Positions 1 to 12,910 of a stretch of 64,000 nucleotides of DNA are shown here, one piece after another. The notes under the pieces are model-generated. The model made no database searches and was not told where the DNA came from. It saw only the letters and a list, made by a program, of their open reading frames with translations. The stretch is from Oculina patagonica (Eukaryota): the NCBI RefSeq assembly GCF_052425735.1, contig NC_135759.1, positions 30,442,001 to 30,506,000 on the forward strand, given 5' to 3'. The translations under genes were made by a program, and so were the position numbers. Position 1 is the stretch's first letter. Every line of letters starts with the position of its first letter.

Positions 1-3000
1 GTAATTCATCTTGTGAAGGACATCATACGACGGCGATTCCTGTAAATTCAATAGTTGTCTTTAGTGGATGTAAGGGAGGGACTTGAGCGCTTTTTCCATC
101 CCTCCTGTTATTGCTGAAAAACATAAGGCCCGAAAGACCGAACATTTGGAGCAAGAAATGACCCACATGCGCTCCACATGCACTCCTTTTCAAGCAAGAA
201 TGGGCCATCTCCACTCCCCACTCCCCATTTTAATACCACCTCTGGTTCCGCCTCGTATGAAAAACTATCAATTCGATATCAATGTTACCTACCTCGCTTT
301 CAGGCCACATTCTGTCAATCTCGTCTCTCAGTTTGTCTTGCACATGCGTATCAATGGCAAGATGATAACAAACAAAGCCCAGAGTGGTACTAGAAGTTTC
401 ATATCCAGCGAGAAGGAACACGACACTTTGGGCCTGAATATCTTCATTGTCAATTTTCCCTCCTCCTGTTTCCTCTTTTGCATCAAGCATCAACTGCAGC
501 AAATCTTTCCGCTGTGAACAAAAGAAAACAGTAAGCCTGTTTAGCAGCTTTTGCTTACCACGCGACGACGTGGTTTCTGCATCAGTTACAGCATAAGTTC
601 ATTGTCTGGTTACAGACACAAACCTGAAAGTATAAATCTTTATATCACTTAGCCAAAGTAAATTTTTTAAAATTATCGATTCCTGTAGGAGGGTACCAAA
701 GGGGGGTTCGTGATCCCGTTTCACGCACAAGTTTTAACCAAATTCACGTGTCACGTATACTTGAAACAGCAGAATTCACGGATCACGTTTCTTTTCTAAC
801 TACCGTATTTATTCGATTAAGCGCCCTGGGCGCTTATTAAATTTTTGGACCTAAAGAGTGGGCGCTTATTCGAGGTGGGCGCTTATTCGAGGCTGGGCGC
901 TTATTAAATTTTCGCGGTTTTCAGTAAATAGTAAGTTTATATTTGTAACAAAACAATAAATAATAACAAAACGTAAAGATGTACCAAAGCAGAATTTTAA
1001 CTGTTCATTGAAAGTTTCTGTAAAATACTAAGAAACCTCGGTCATGGGGGAAGTCTTCTTAGTAGTACTTAGTCAATTTCAATAATCAATGCTCCTCTTG
1101 TGCACTTCAGTTTTTTTGTGGGGTGGAGGGTGGGCGCTTATTCGAGGCTGGGCGCTTATTAACTTTTCTTACCTTTAGGGTGGGCGCTTATTAGAGGTGG
1201 GCGCTTATTCAAGGTTGGGCGCTTAATCGAATAAATACGGTATTTTTCACGCGTCACGGTCTAATTTTTGCCCTATTTTCACGCGTCCCGGACTAATTTT
1301 TGCCCTTTTCACGTGTCACGCATAAACCCTTTGCCCCCCTCCTGTAGCATTGGCGCCGTGTCGCCGGGCAACCTCGTTCCTGGAACGAGGTCAAAGACTG
1401 GCGGGAAAGTCGGTCTCTACAGCAGTTGAAGGCGAAGAAAGTTCAGTCTCCTCGTTTTAGGCATCAACTGGCAAGGAATTCAAAAGATAAAAAGCTACGA
1501 AACGAAAAGGTATGTTGTTAATGAAAAGATATGCTGTTAAGAAATGTGAAAGGCGTTTTCCTGGGGTATTATAAAGAAGCATCGAAAACCTTAGTGTCAA
1601 AAACAATAACGACGGCGACGCCGCGAGGAAAACATCGATAAAAAATAAGCTTGTATAAATTATCTTAACTAAGCTCATCTAGCATAATTCAACGTGTATA
1701 AGCCTATCCTGGCAGAATAATAATCCACGTGAATATGCAAAACCGAACAAACAAACAAACAAACAAACTGTGTTAAATTCCAAATAAAAACACGAAAAAC
1801 GTGTCGTGGTTCACGGCTAAGAAATATACCAAGTATGGCGCACGTGGTTACCTCCTGAACTGCTCATGTACAAACAGAACTTTTTTCTCACTTTGCACCT
1901 TTTTGGTGTGATCATTTACATCTTGCAGCACTGATTTGAGGAAACTATAATTCGCATATATTATTTTAGTAGAAACAATGTGTAGAATGATTAACTACCA
2001 TGCACTCACGGTGAAGGTATACACATACTTGAACTTTGCTGTTGCCACTTGCTTTTGTCCTTTCAGCGATAATATCTGCTGCTACCACTCCGATTTTGTC
2101 AAAGGCAAAAGTGTCTGGGAGGTACTTGAAAATATGGTCTCCAAATGGTAACAGAACTGCAAAAATGCAAAACTTAAGTTATTGCTATCAAGGGAAAAAA
2201 GTAAAGGCCTGGAAACAGGGCTGATCAAGCTATAAATTAAAATATGAATTGTCCATAATGTTCGCTTGGGAGTTGATAAAATATATGCTATTTACAAGGC
2301 TAAAAAGGTTAAAAGTTATAAAATTACAAAATTAAAACCAAACGTTTTCGGCTGTTTGCCATCATCAGGGTTGAACCCTCATGATGGCAAACAGCCGAAA
2401 AGTGGTTTGGTTTTAATATTTTAATTTTATAACTTTTAACCTTTTTAGCTTTGTAAATAGCAAAATATGAATTGTCGGCATACTTCAACGGTACATTGGT
2501 ATGTTTATGACATGCGACATGATTAGGATCAATTATTGGATTTCTTAAATAATCAAATTGTTCATAATTGCAATCAGTTGATTGCTTACCATAAAATTCT
2601 TGTAATACACTTCCCCCTCCCCCACCCACTCTGTAAAGTATACACACCCGAAATTAGCCCTCCTTAATATAATCAAGAGTTTAATTTTACATGTAGCTTT
2701 TAATAATAAAATTTCTTAATTAAATTCTGATTATAAAGACCCTACTGTAGGGGTTAGTCTAGATACATTAAAATGTACTGTTTAATCATGATACTTTGGG
2801 TTGTTTTTAAATTCTATTACATTATATTTAAGAGGCTTTTGATGACTGTACAACTTCTTGTGTGCAATTCATACTCAGGCTATGTTTAGAGAGTTTTACC
2901 GCATAGTCTTATGTATGCCTAAATTAAAAAAGTTTCAAATAAAATTATAAGCCTGACTTTTTTTGAAATGCAAATTCCTTCCAATAATAATCCCTGCTCC

Positions 3001-6000
3001 TCAAAAATAAGCCCACCAAAAGAGCCTTCTGAAAAATATAGCCCAGGGCTTATTAATGGAAATTAACAGTATTTGATTACTTTGAAACCAATGCAAGGAC
3101 AATAAATTCTTACACAATATTGCAACCAAAAGTTTTGGTGCCATGGCCTTCTTTGCTAGTTCAGTGATTGGATCATTTTGAACAGTTTGTGTTTCTGCCT
3201 TGACTCCAAATGCTGTTGTCAAAATCACTTCCATGGTCAGGCTCTGAAGCCACCTAAAAAAAAAGGAAATAAAAGAAACATGTATGCCTCTTTGTCACTG
3301 TACTTCAAGGTTGTACATTAAGCCCCAGTTGACCAAACGGTGAATAGTGCTATCTAGAAGATAATTGTAAACAAAACAAACTGTGCAATTTATCTGGGGG
3401 AGACAACAATTTAACAACTCCTTGCTAATGCAACTTTGTGAAAAAGGTAGTAAAATAAATAAGTTTAAGTGAGACAAGGTTTTGCATTCTTACAAATTAT
3501 AGCAAGACAATTTTGCTCAAAGCATTTGAAATGCGATCAGACCAGCTCCCATCAAGTGCATGACATTGGGTATCTCAAAGGGAATGGATTAATAATTTAA
3601 TGCTTATAATTAGTTAGCTCCAAAATTAAATGCTGAGTAAACATACACTAAACAATACACTGCTAAATAATACTGAACACTAAATAATATAACACCTGTG
3701 AAAATCAACAATCTCTCCTGACTTGGAAATCCTATCCACTTTTTGTATTAAAGTATCCAGTGCTTCATTCATAAAGGGCATCATCTGAAGGAGGTATTGA
3801 ATAAAAACAAAAATACTCACTGTCTTTTGCGTGATCAAAATAATAAAATTAAAAAGTTTAAATTTTAGCATTGTATTTAAACTTTATTAGAATTAGCTTT
3901 GCTTATAAGCTTGTATTTGAGCTTATCTCAATTTAGCTGTTATCAACTCAGTCTGAATTAATTTCCCAGGGGATTGGGTTAGGGGGTTTAAAGAAAGTCA
4001 ATTTTAAGATTTTCAGCCTCATTGAATTCAATAGGTATAAAGAGACATTAATAAGATGAGCCACAACTAATCATTTTCCAGGAAAATTGTTATATTTATG
4101 ATTAATAATGGAAACATAAGTAGTCATTTATTTCTAAAAAGCACGGTAATAATAGCCTATTATTATAGTTGGTTGGCACATTAAAGACCTCCAAGACTTC
4201 TTAGATCATCGTCAGCACATCTTCAGCAAGTTACCTAAATTAAAGCAAGTACTAAAACATATGCGGACAGAGCATTTAGCATAGCCGCTTTGTCACTGTG
4301 AAATACCCTACCGATGAACATCGCTTCTGCAGCTTAACTATCAAAGACTTTAAAAGTAATCTTAAGATGCATTTGTTTTGAGCATCTTTCAGCTGACTTA
4401 ATTTGTGACATTTTTAATGTTACGTATCTTTAATTTCAGTACCATAATTATTGTAAACCTATTTGTTAATTTTTAGATATTATTTTTGTAATTTAAAATT
4501 TATACTTGCCTGCTTCATTTTAGATGTGCTGAAGGTTGGAGACAATATGTTACGTATGTCCTTCCACTTCTGGCCACGTACAACTGTTAACATTTTGTTA
4601 TATGGCTTCTTGAATTCCACTAAACTCTGATAAATAAGGGAAGACTGAATATTATTTTTATGATATATTCTATTTTACACCCAATGCCTGAGGTCTTAAT
4701 GTTTTCCTTTGTTTGAAACAGGATATTCAGTGGATGTGCTAATTTTAATTAAAAGTTCAGAATTAAAAATTAAAAATGTACACTAAGACTCACATGCATT
4801 TGTTTACACCCTTAATTATTGTGTTGTAGAAATTTTCTACAACAGTGAACACAATTAAGGGTGTAAATAAACTAACAGAATATTGCTTCAGCAATATAAT
4901 ATAGGACATTGATTAACCTTTAAGCCAACATCAGACTATCCCAGATATATTTTATTGGCATGCATGCCAGCATACAATTTTGAGTTGAGTTCTTCATGGT
5001 ACCTAGTGTAATGCAACCCTCTCTCTGATATTTGTGCAGGTTTTTTTTTCAAAATTTTGAAAAGCAGATTAACTCTGTGATGCTAAAATATTCAGTAGCT
5101 TTTCAATGTGTCCCTCACAGACATTTTGATGTGTCAAATGTATGATTTTTGACATTTCCATTGGCTGCACCCACATTTTGACATGCAGGTACCATGTAGC
5201 CAAATTGTGACTTTTCTGACTTCCTTAATTCAAAATTGCAAAATTCAGGTACACTTTTACATTCCCTCCTGGATGGGATGCTATTCCATTGCAGGGTACG
5301 TTACTCCCTAGCAGTAAATTTGCTGGTACCCATTTATACACCTGGGTGGAGAGAGGCGTTTTGAGGTTAAATTGTCTTCCCAAAAACAAGTACAATGCAG
5401 TGCCCCGACCAGGCCTCGAACCCAGACTGCTTGATCTGGAGTCTGGTGCACTAACCATTGGGCCACCAAGCTTCCCCATACATAACCTTATAACCTACAA
5501 AAACACGTCATTTTTTAAAGCAAGTGTAGGGCTATCTACTTATGCAAAATATTTTTGATTTCATTGTCTTTAGTAGAGAGAAAACCTTGGGAGGGGGCAT
5601 GATCAGCCCCCCTTGTACCGGCACAGTGGAGGTTTGAATTTGCTTGTATGTCTGAGGGTCAACATGTTTTATATGTGAATGACATAAACAGTCCACCTGG
5701 CACTTGCATGCCCAGGATATCAGAGATGCCAACATGAAAAAAATTGAAATCAGGGAGACTACCAATTTTGTGTCAAGATACCTCTTCTCAACTCCCAAAA
5801 CTTTCCTAAAAAATAGAGGTCCACCAAGTCATCCACAAAAAAGTGTCAAATATCTCCAATAATTGGTTAAAATAAGTGTGAAAACACATATTTTAAGCAC
5901 TTTCCTTTGTATTTGGGAGATTTGGTGACCACTAAGGGAGACCAGGAGATTCTGCCTGTATTTGGGAGACTCCCGGATAATCCTGGAGAGTTGGTATTAA

Positions 6001-8899
6001 GATGGGATATATATATCGGCGGCACTGAAAGCCTGACCATGTATTGCATAGTATTGTGGGGATCAGCCAGCAATTAACATATGAAAATTACCACCTGCCT
6101 ATCAAAGAGTAACAGAAAATGAATATATTTTACCTTTCGATCATGAAACTTAGAAAATTCTTTGACAAGGATCTCTTTGATCATATCTGGATCAGCCACC
6201 ATGAGGAAAGGTTGACGGAAAAAATACATTCTAAAGAAAAGGGAATCAAGTTTAATAATATCTTAAACCCTGATCATCAGCAGGCTATAGCAAAATTCAC
6301 TGCTAGCTAGTCCTTCTTCAATCAAACAGATGTGTCTAAGGTTTTTTCTTTCTGGGCTGGTGGATTCAAAGGGTTTAAATTTCGTTAGCTACTTATGGGT
6401 AATTTGTAGCAGTTCACAGCTTCTTAACTTGAGTCATCGTAAATATTCAATTGCCATCAAAATTCTGTCAGGCATCGCATCACTAGTCCCCCCTTTTGAT
6501 ATCTTGTTTGCCACGGCATGAAAATTCATGCTCGCAAATGTTGCCATAACAGCTAAAATTAGATCTTCGACTACACAACTGACTGCTTCTTGTTGCCCCT
6601 AAGGCTTGTTGCTGAAAATTCAATGACCAGAATACTCTGGTTTGCAGACTCTGTATGGCGGGATTACTGGTACTTCCCGGAGAAATATTGTTTTCTAATT
6701 TTATATTATTTGCCCCCTGAACAAATTTTTGCTTGCTTTGCAAAGATATAACTTTCCTCCTGACCACAGAAGCTGCTTTTCTACATAACAAATGTAAAAA
6801 TACCCACCCAAAGACCTTGCCGTATTTCTTACACCATTCCAAGTGACGTTTTGGAATACTGTTTGGCTACAGAAAAAGATTAATCAGTAATCAGCATGAC
6901 TTATAGTGTACCAAGGAAGTGTCATATTCACATAACTGAGTATAGATTTAAGATATAGGTTGTGTTTTCACTAGGACAATTTTAGCTAGATATAAAGTTG
7001 GAAAAGTCCGGAAATACAGTGAAAACACTTTGTCTATTATGTTAAGCGAGTTAAAAATGCAAACTGTTTTCACAAGGAAAAACAGAGGGTTTTCTCGCCT
7101 TTTCTACAGGAAATTCATGCAGAGTTATACTACCTCGCAAGATGGTTTAACTTGTCCTGACAAATACTGCAGCCAATCGCATTGCGTGCAGTGACAGATT
7201 CCTGCAAATGATCTACCAAATATTACATTTTCCAGTTCGTCGGCGTCTTGCGCTTTCGGTGAGAATTGTTCAATGTTGTTTTGCTGCTGGATCAACAGCA
7301 TATCCTCGCATACTCCTCATTTGTAGAGACGTTTACTGCATCCTATAAAAAAAAGTCCTTCTCCTCCGCGTAAATATTGCACGAGAAGTCATTAAAAGCG
7401 CTTCGTCTCCTTATTTTCTGACTGTTGCGCGCTTTTGTAATTTGAATCTTCTGAGTTAGCGGCTTAAATGTTCACAGTGAAAACAGTTGCCACGTTTAAC
7501 TAATTAATGTCGGTCTGTAAACAAACACCCAGAAAGAATGTTCAGCTAGTTAATCGGCCAAGTGAAAACACAACCAAAAAGATATTACTCAGATACCATA
7601 TTCTGCCCCTTTCATCCTGACAATATCAAATTACAGAAACTTACAGAGTAAAATCTTTCGAGTGAATTTCCAAAAACTGGGAGTGGTCTTGGCCCACGGA
7701 TCCCAAGTTTCTTGAACACAGTAAACGGTGCAATGCAGTACCTGAAGTAAGGTAAATGAAAGACCATAACAAAATCTAACATCTAAATTTAACTCATTGA
7801 TTAACCTGTAAATATTTCTATTAAAGAGTAATTAACATCCGAACTCTGCACAATATTAAATGTGTTAACCAAGCAGAAGGGCCTGTGAATAATGAAAAAC
7901 ATCAACTAAGGCAGTATGTATTAGTAAATTCCCTGACAGATATTAAAAGAAATTAAGGGGCGAACAAGAACTGCAGGCAATAGGACTAGAATGGAACAAA
8001 ATAGATCGGCAAGCCCAGGATTGAGATAAGTGGAGGAGAACTGTCCATGCCATATGCTACACAGAGAAGCAAAGGGGATAAGAGAGAGTAAGGGGAGCCC
8101 CCTCCCCCCCCCCCCCTCGACCCTTTATCTGGCATGGGAGAATTAAAAATCTGTCATTTGAAGCTCCAAAATGCAGGAAATAGCAATCTTTTTTAAAACG
8201 AGGGTCCTGAAAAGGGGGGGGGGGGATAAATCCCATTTTTGCAGCCCAAATCCCATTTTTCCAGGCTATTGTTTTCTCCCAATCCCAGTTCTATTGTTTT
8301 TCTGTCTGATTCCCATTCCCAGTGACCAAATCCCAGTCCCTGTGACCCAAATCCCACTTTCCCAATGAAAGTTTGGACAAATCCCAGTTCCAATTTTACC
8401 CCCTTCAGGCCCCTCTAAAGTAGCCATTAAATCTCCGGGGGGAGGATGGGAGGGTGTATTCTACTATAGCCCCCTGTTTCTGAATTTCCTGGATCCGCCC
8501 CAGTAATCAAGTAGGATCTGTATTTAGCTTGAAACGGAAGGTGTTCAAAACGTTAACGTAGCAAAAGTAAAGCATGACATAGACAGTTTTAGATCTAATA
8601 TATCCTCGGATAAAAACTTAAACGTACGTATTTCGACTATTTCAGCTACAGTGGACGCTTTTCTTTACGAGAAGTGCGCCTTGCGTGACTGCAGAGTACA
8701 ACTTAAATTACTAGTCGACATCAGAGTCGACATTAGACGCGCGAGTCAATTAGTAATGGAAAAAATAAATCAAACAACATAGTGTATGCTTTGTTTTACA
8801 TTTTACATACCGGTAAAATAGGAGAATCAGAAATCCAACCAACAGTGTAACCCAGTGATCGTTCGCAAACTGAGCAGTTGTTTGCAGAAAACCAGCCAT
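1..8899 (-). CDS. Cytochrome P450, CYP3 clan (CYP3A-like), paralog A; 3'-truncated by the window edge
   Basis: Exons (minus): 8811-8899, 7645-7741, 6808-6866, 6134-6230, 4510-4626, 3696-3784, 3114-3253, 2029-2156, 293-511, <1-39. All in frame; introns GT-AG except intron 5 (GC-AG). N-terminal anchor [28 protein letters not shown], proline-rich GPRPLPVFGN, C-helix WKDIR, I-helix AGYETS. Confidence 0.95.
689..1341. mobile_element. MITE with GAGGG...CCCTC termini and 6-bp TSD; contains a nested element
   Basis: CTGTAG at 683-688 and 1342-1347; imperfect TIRs; repeated TCACG motifs. Confidence 0.65.
803..1240. mobile_element. Tc1/mariner (pogo-like) MITE, TA TSD
   Basis: TIR CCGTATTTATTCGATTAAGCGCCC at both ends, TA flanks, internal GGGCGCTTATT repeats. 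Confidence 0.85.
2254..2461. mobile_element. Miniature fold-back Penelope-like insertion carrying two inverted hammerhead motifs
   Basis: 15-bp direct repeat AAAATATGAATTGTC at 2239-2253 and 2462-2476; inverted arms 2286-2372 and 2374-2462. Confidence 0.75.
2336..2372 (-). ncRNA. Minimal type I hammerhead ribozyme motif (Penelope-like-element type)
   Basis: Minus strand reads AACC CUGAUGA U GGC AAACA GCC GAAA ACGU UU GGUU: stem I AACC/GGUU, intact core CUGAUGA and GAAA, stem II GGC/GCC, short palindromic stem III (AACGUU), UUU cleavage triplet. Confidence 0.75.
5261..5480 (-). mobile_element. tRNA-derived SINE, partial
   Basis: Minus strand has an A box TGGCCCAATGG and a B box GGTTCGAGGCC; homologous to 32467-32747. 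Confidence 0.8.
6958..7575. mobile_element. Non-autonomous TIR element (possibly PIF/Harbinger-like)
   Basis: 15-bp TIR GGTTGTGTTTTCACT / AGTGAAAACACAACC; TSD not clear. Confidence 0.65.
8200..8415. mobile_element. MITE with GAGGG termini
   Basis: GAGGGTCCTGAA ... TTCAGGCCCCTC; internal AATCCCA repeats; flanks TAAAAC/TAAAGT. Confidence 0.55.
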
Positions 8900-9012
8900 G
8901 ATCTTTGGTGTACTTATTAGAAACCAAGTACGTCAGCGTTGTTTGTAGAGACCTCTCTTAGGCTGGAGTAGGATAAATCAAGAACTTAGTTATCCTTTCT
9001 TCTTGTTGTTCT

Positions 9013-9274
9013 CTGCAAAAAGAAAAAATTGTACAGAAGCAACCGAGAACTAATTACAAGGGACAACTGACACGGCTGACGACTGAGTATCCGTACAGTC
9101 CGAAGAACAAGAAACAAGTTACCCGGGACAAGTTAATCTACCAGCTAAAGATTTTTACCTGAGAAAATTCAAAGCACTCTTATGCACTTGCTTCACTGAA
9201 TATTTTGGTATTGATCACCAACAGTTTTCTCTAACTGAGTACAATGACTTCAGCTTTGCACGGCAGCTTATATA
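9013..9274 (-). promoter_or_regulatory. Gene A core promoter (TATA), non-coding exon and 5'UTR intron
   Basis: TATATAA on minus at 9268-9274; Inr-like TCATTG/TCAGTT about 30-38 nt downstream; donor CAG|GTAAAA at 9159/9158; acceptor TTTTTGCAG ending at 9013. The block is conserved in B and D. Confidence 0.7.
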
Positions 9275-10424
9275 GCTGAGCTGTGCACAACGTCAGAAAA
9301 ACTTGTACGTGACTGACTTTGTAATATCTAAATTTAGCCATAGATGTAATGCCGGATGAAATGCAGGAATAGCATTACAGAACAAAACCCGTTGTTGATA
9401 GTTTTTTCCTCTAAATTCATAGCTTAGTTCAGAAAGCTAAGGTCGTAAAGGTTGTGATATTATTTAAGGTGGTCAATGAACTGGGTCAATATTAAGCTTT
9501 ATATATATCTTTTCTTTGCAAAGGTAAAACATAAAATTGCGGTTTTTGCCTCTGGTTTTATTTTGGCGTACTATACACATCATGTATAAGTACTTTAATT
9601 AAGCCTTGGCTTAACGATAAAATATCTTTAATCGTATCCATGAAATTAAATGAACCAGGTACACGATCGATCATTATTCGTGACTCAAAATAAAAATGTG
9701 TGCGTTTGATGGGACCATTTGTCGTCAAACATTTTTGCGTGACTAACATAACGTGACTAACATTTTTGCGTGATTGCGAACGTCCACTTCCGTTCACAAG
9801 AACTTATTTCGCGATTATCGCCAAACCCCATTTTAACCATGCATTGGTGCCTCCTTTACATCAATTTTCGTCAGAACTCCAGGCTCTCTCGAGTGTAAAT
9901 AGTGTCCAAAGGGTTTTTAACCGTCACGCGGTTCACGTTATACATGCACCTGTGCATGTTTGTTTTGCAAATGTCACTGGTCTGATCCGGATGTACGCAG
10001 GCGTTTCCTGTGGCACGTATCACCACCAAATCCACGTACAACGTAAACACGACAACGTGGACCCTCCTCGCATTCAAGTACGTTGCTTTTACGCCGTCGC
10101 GGATAGGTCTGGAACGAGACTGATACGTGTTTCTATAGAGTTTTGCCAATCGAAGAACATAGAATTACCGGCTAAAGACACTCCGTGTGCCCACGATACC
10201 AGACTGCAACAGGAGTGTTCTGAGTGTTAAAAATTGTTTTCTGTATTTATTCTGTACCTGTTTTATACCACCTTGTACTGACATGCAGCCCAGCTATTTT
10301 AGGCGGTATATCACTTGAGAACCTACGAACCTAAGAGAATGAGGCGAGAGTTGGCTTGATCATTTTAATACAAGATAAGTGCACAAGAATATATCTGGGC
10401 TAGAAATATATTTTGAAAAATATA

Positions 10425-10952
10425 CAGTGGAACCCCGATATAACGATCCTCGATATAACGATATTCCCGATATAACGATGAATATTCTATGTTCCGGCAA
10501 AAGTTACAGTAAAATGTATGGGACGGAACCCCGATATAACGATCTTCGATATAACGATATTCCCGATATAACGATGAGAATTTTGCAGACCGAACGTAAA
10601 ATCCTCCCGATATAACGATATTATCAGAACACCGTCACATTTCATTTGCAAAACATCGAATTTAATGCAATAACATTACGGTAATCGAGTCATCTCTTAC
10701 GTTTCTAAAAACAGCTTTGTACGATGAAATACGAAAATGATACTGTGTTCTCGGCCTTCTTATCAAAATTATTCTCTTTATCCTCCTCTATTATGCAGTA
10801 AAAAGTACTTGTTAGGTTTACCCCGATATAACGATATTTTCGGTAGTTTAACGGCCATATCGTTATATCGGGAGTTTCGATATAACGATTTTTCGATATA
10901 ACGATATTATTTTACTGCTCCCTTAGCATATCGTTATATCGGGGTTCCACTG
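10425..10952. mobile_element. pogo/Tigger-like MITE, TA TSD
   Basis: Perfect TIR CAGTGGAACCCCGATATAACGA; TA flanks; many internal CGATATAACGA repeats; absent at the homologous site upstream of D (~59390). Confidence 0.9.
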
Positions 10953-11140
10953 TACTTGAACAATAACTATGACTACTTAAAAAAGCAGGAAACACCTCTT
11001 TATTGGTTAACTTATTTACAGGAATAGTAAGTTATGTTTTGCCTTCCTTTGCCTCACTGAAAGCTGTTCAGTCTAAAACAAATACACTGATAATTTGTTT
11101 CAAAACAAATTCGGAGTTTATTACCATACCTGTGCTGTCA

Positions 11141-11303
11141 TAGGAGCGGATCCAGGATTTTTCTTAGGAGGAGGTGCGCCACTAAGGAATGGCGTTCCTT
11201 TTTTTTTTGCAGAATACCAGTTGTATAAGAAAGCCGCAGGTCATCTAAGGGAGGAGGGGAGGGGGCAGGAGGTGCGCACCCCCCCTCTCTAGATCCGCCT
11301 CTG
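11141..11303. mobile_element. Short hAT-like MITE remnant
   Basis: AGGAGCGGATCCAG ... CTAGATCCGCCTCT inverted termini; no clear TSD. Confidence 0.5.
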
Positions 11304-12337
11304 AGTCGGTTGTATGAAGGTTAAAGGAACTGTCACAGCCGAGATTTGGCTTTTTAATTGTACTGTTACTCATCAACGAACTCGCAAAGCACCAAAAATG
11401 AAGCGAATACTAACATGAAGAAACATAGGCACGCTAAGCGTGCAGGAGTTATTTTTTCAATTTATGGGGTGGCTTGGGGTGAAACTGAGTGATTGTCCTG
11501 TTGGGATGGTTTATGCCATGGGTTGAGCTTATTGTGCATGGCGCCCCACGGAGTCACTTTTTTGCACAAAGTTTGCTTGCAAACAAAATAATTTTTACAT
11601 GCATTTTGATACATCAGAACTGTTTTATTTAATACGGAAATTTTCATCATTTAATTAAAAAAACAAAACTAATTCAATTGTCAAAATGTCACAAACTGGC
11701 ACGTTCTTATTCTGTTTAAAGCGGTTATTTTGTTGCTCGCTTTGTAGCAACCGTAACGGGTTACTTTTGTTTGTTACGGAATACTTTTGGCTTTTTGCCA
11801 AACACTGTAACATGATACCGTTGTTTTTCTCACTTTTGTAACATGATACCTTTTTTTTAAACGAACGTAACACGATACCCTTGTTTTTCTCGAAAAAGCC
11901 ACGTCTCCATATAGACATTGAACGAAAAGTACTATAATAAACGAAGCAATAAACGAATCAAATGAAAAAAACACTCTCTTCGGAAAAGTTCTTTAAAGCG
12001 CAGTACACCTGGAGTATTTGTTTCCTGTCAAAACTGTTCTACAAAGATTTTCGTTCATTCACAACGTAAATTCTATTCAACAAACAAGAACTAATTGAGT
12101 TATCAAGTTGTCACGAAATGGCACGCTCTTATTCTGTTTTTGCTATCGATCGTAGTTGCTTTTAACAGTAAAGTTACTTGTACCGGTTCAATGTTTGAAC
12201 GATATGCTAAATGTTAAATGTTTGAACAAAATGTTTTACAGTTGATTTCATTTTACTTTGGCCGCCCGCTTTGCGAAGTTTGTTGGGAAATTGGAAACTT
12301 TGTTATGAAGTTGCCAATTACGGTGCGAGTTTGCGAA

Positions 12338-12910
12338 TACATACATACATACATACATACATACATACATGGTTTATTTGATAAAGCAGGTTACAAAATA
12401 ATTGGCAAGACGTTAAGTCCTGATGTGGACCTGCACTATCTAAAATAATAAATTACAATAAGATCCTATATAATCCATAATCCAAAATTTATTTACAATA
12501 TCTGAATAAATAATGATAGGTAAAATAGATGAATTAATAACAATATACAGTAAAAAGATAAATGAATGAATAAATTAAAAATATATGAAGTCCAGAGATT
12601 TGTTAGAAACGCAGCAAGACGCTTTAGTGAAACTGATAGATTTTAAGAGACTCTTATTTGCCTTAAGTTTTTTCTTGAAAGAATCAAGGTTAGAGCAAGA
12701 CTTGATGTCATCGGGAAGGATATTCCAAGAAAGTGCAGCACGATGTTTAAAAGAAGATCTTCCCACTTCTGTTCTTGGTCTATCAACCTCAACATTTAAG
12801 GATTTTCTAAAGTCATAAGTAGACTCGGGTTTCACTAGTAAGCCCTTTAGAGGATCGATGCTATTTCCATGGTAAATATTGTGCGTAATAACTAGAAGTC
12901 TCTTAATCAA
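12338..12910 (-). mobile_element. LINE (CR1/L2-group) 3' fragment with (TATG)n tail
   Basis: ORF2 C-terminus-like peptide YDFRKS...PRTEVGRSSFKHRAALSWN.LP..IK....LDSFKKKLK, then 3'UTR and microsatellite tail at 12338-12370. Confidence 0.8.

Noticed and set aside
83-517. Plus-strand ORFs overlapping exon 9 (also 33479-33733, 50805-51074)
   Set aside because: Antisense shadows of the P450 I-helix exon.
9766-10230. 154-aa plus-strand ORF
   Set aside because: The homologous region upstream of D (58740-59230) has indels that break the frame; it is conserved non-coding DNA.
10425-10952. Regularly repeated CGATATAACGA (and GGGCGCTTATT at 803-1240) resembling a CRISPR array
   Set aside because: Repeats are short, occur in both orientations, lack uniform unique spacers and lie inside TA-flanked TIR elements in a eukaryotic genome.
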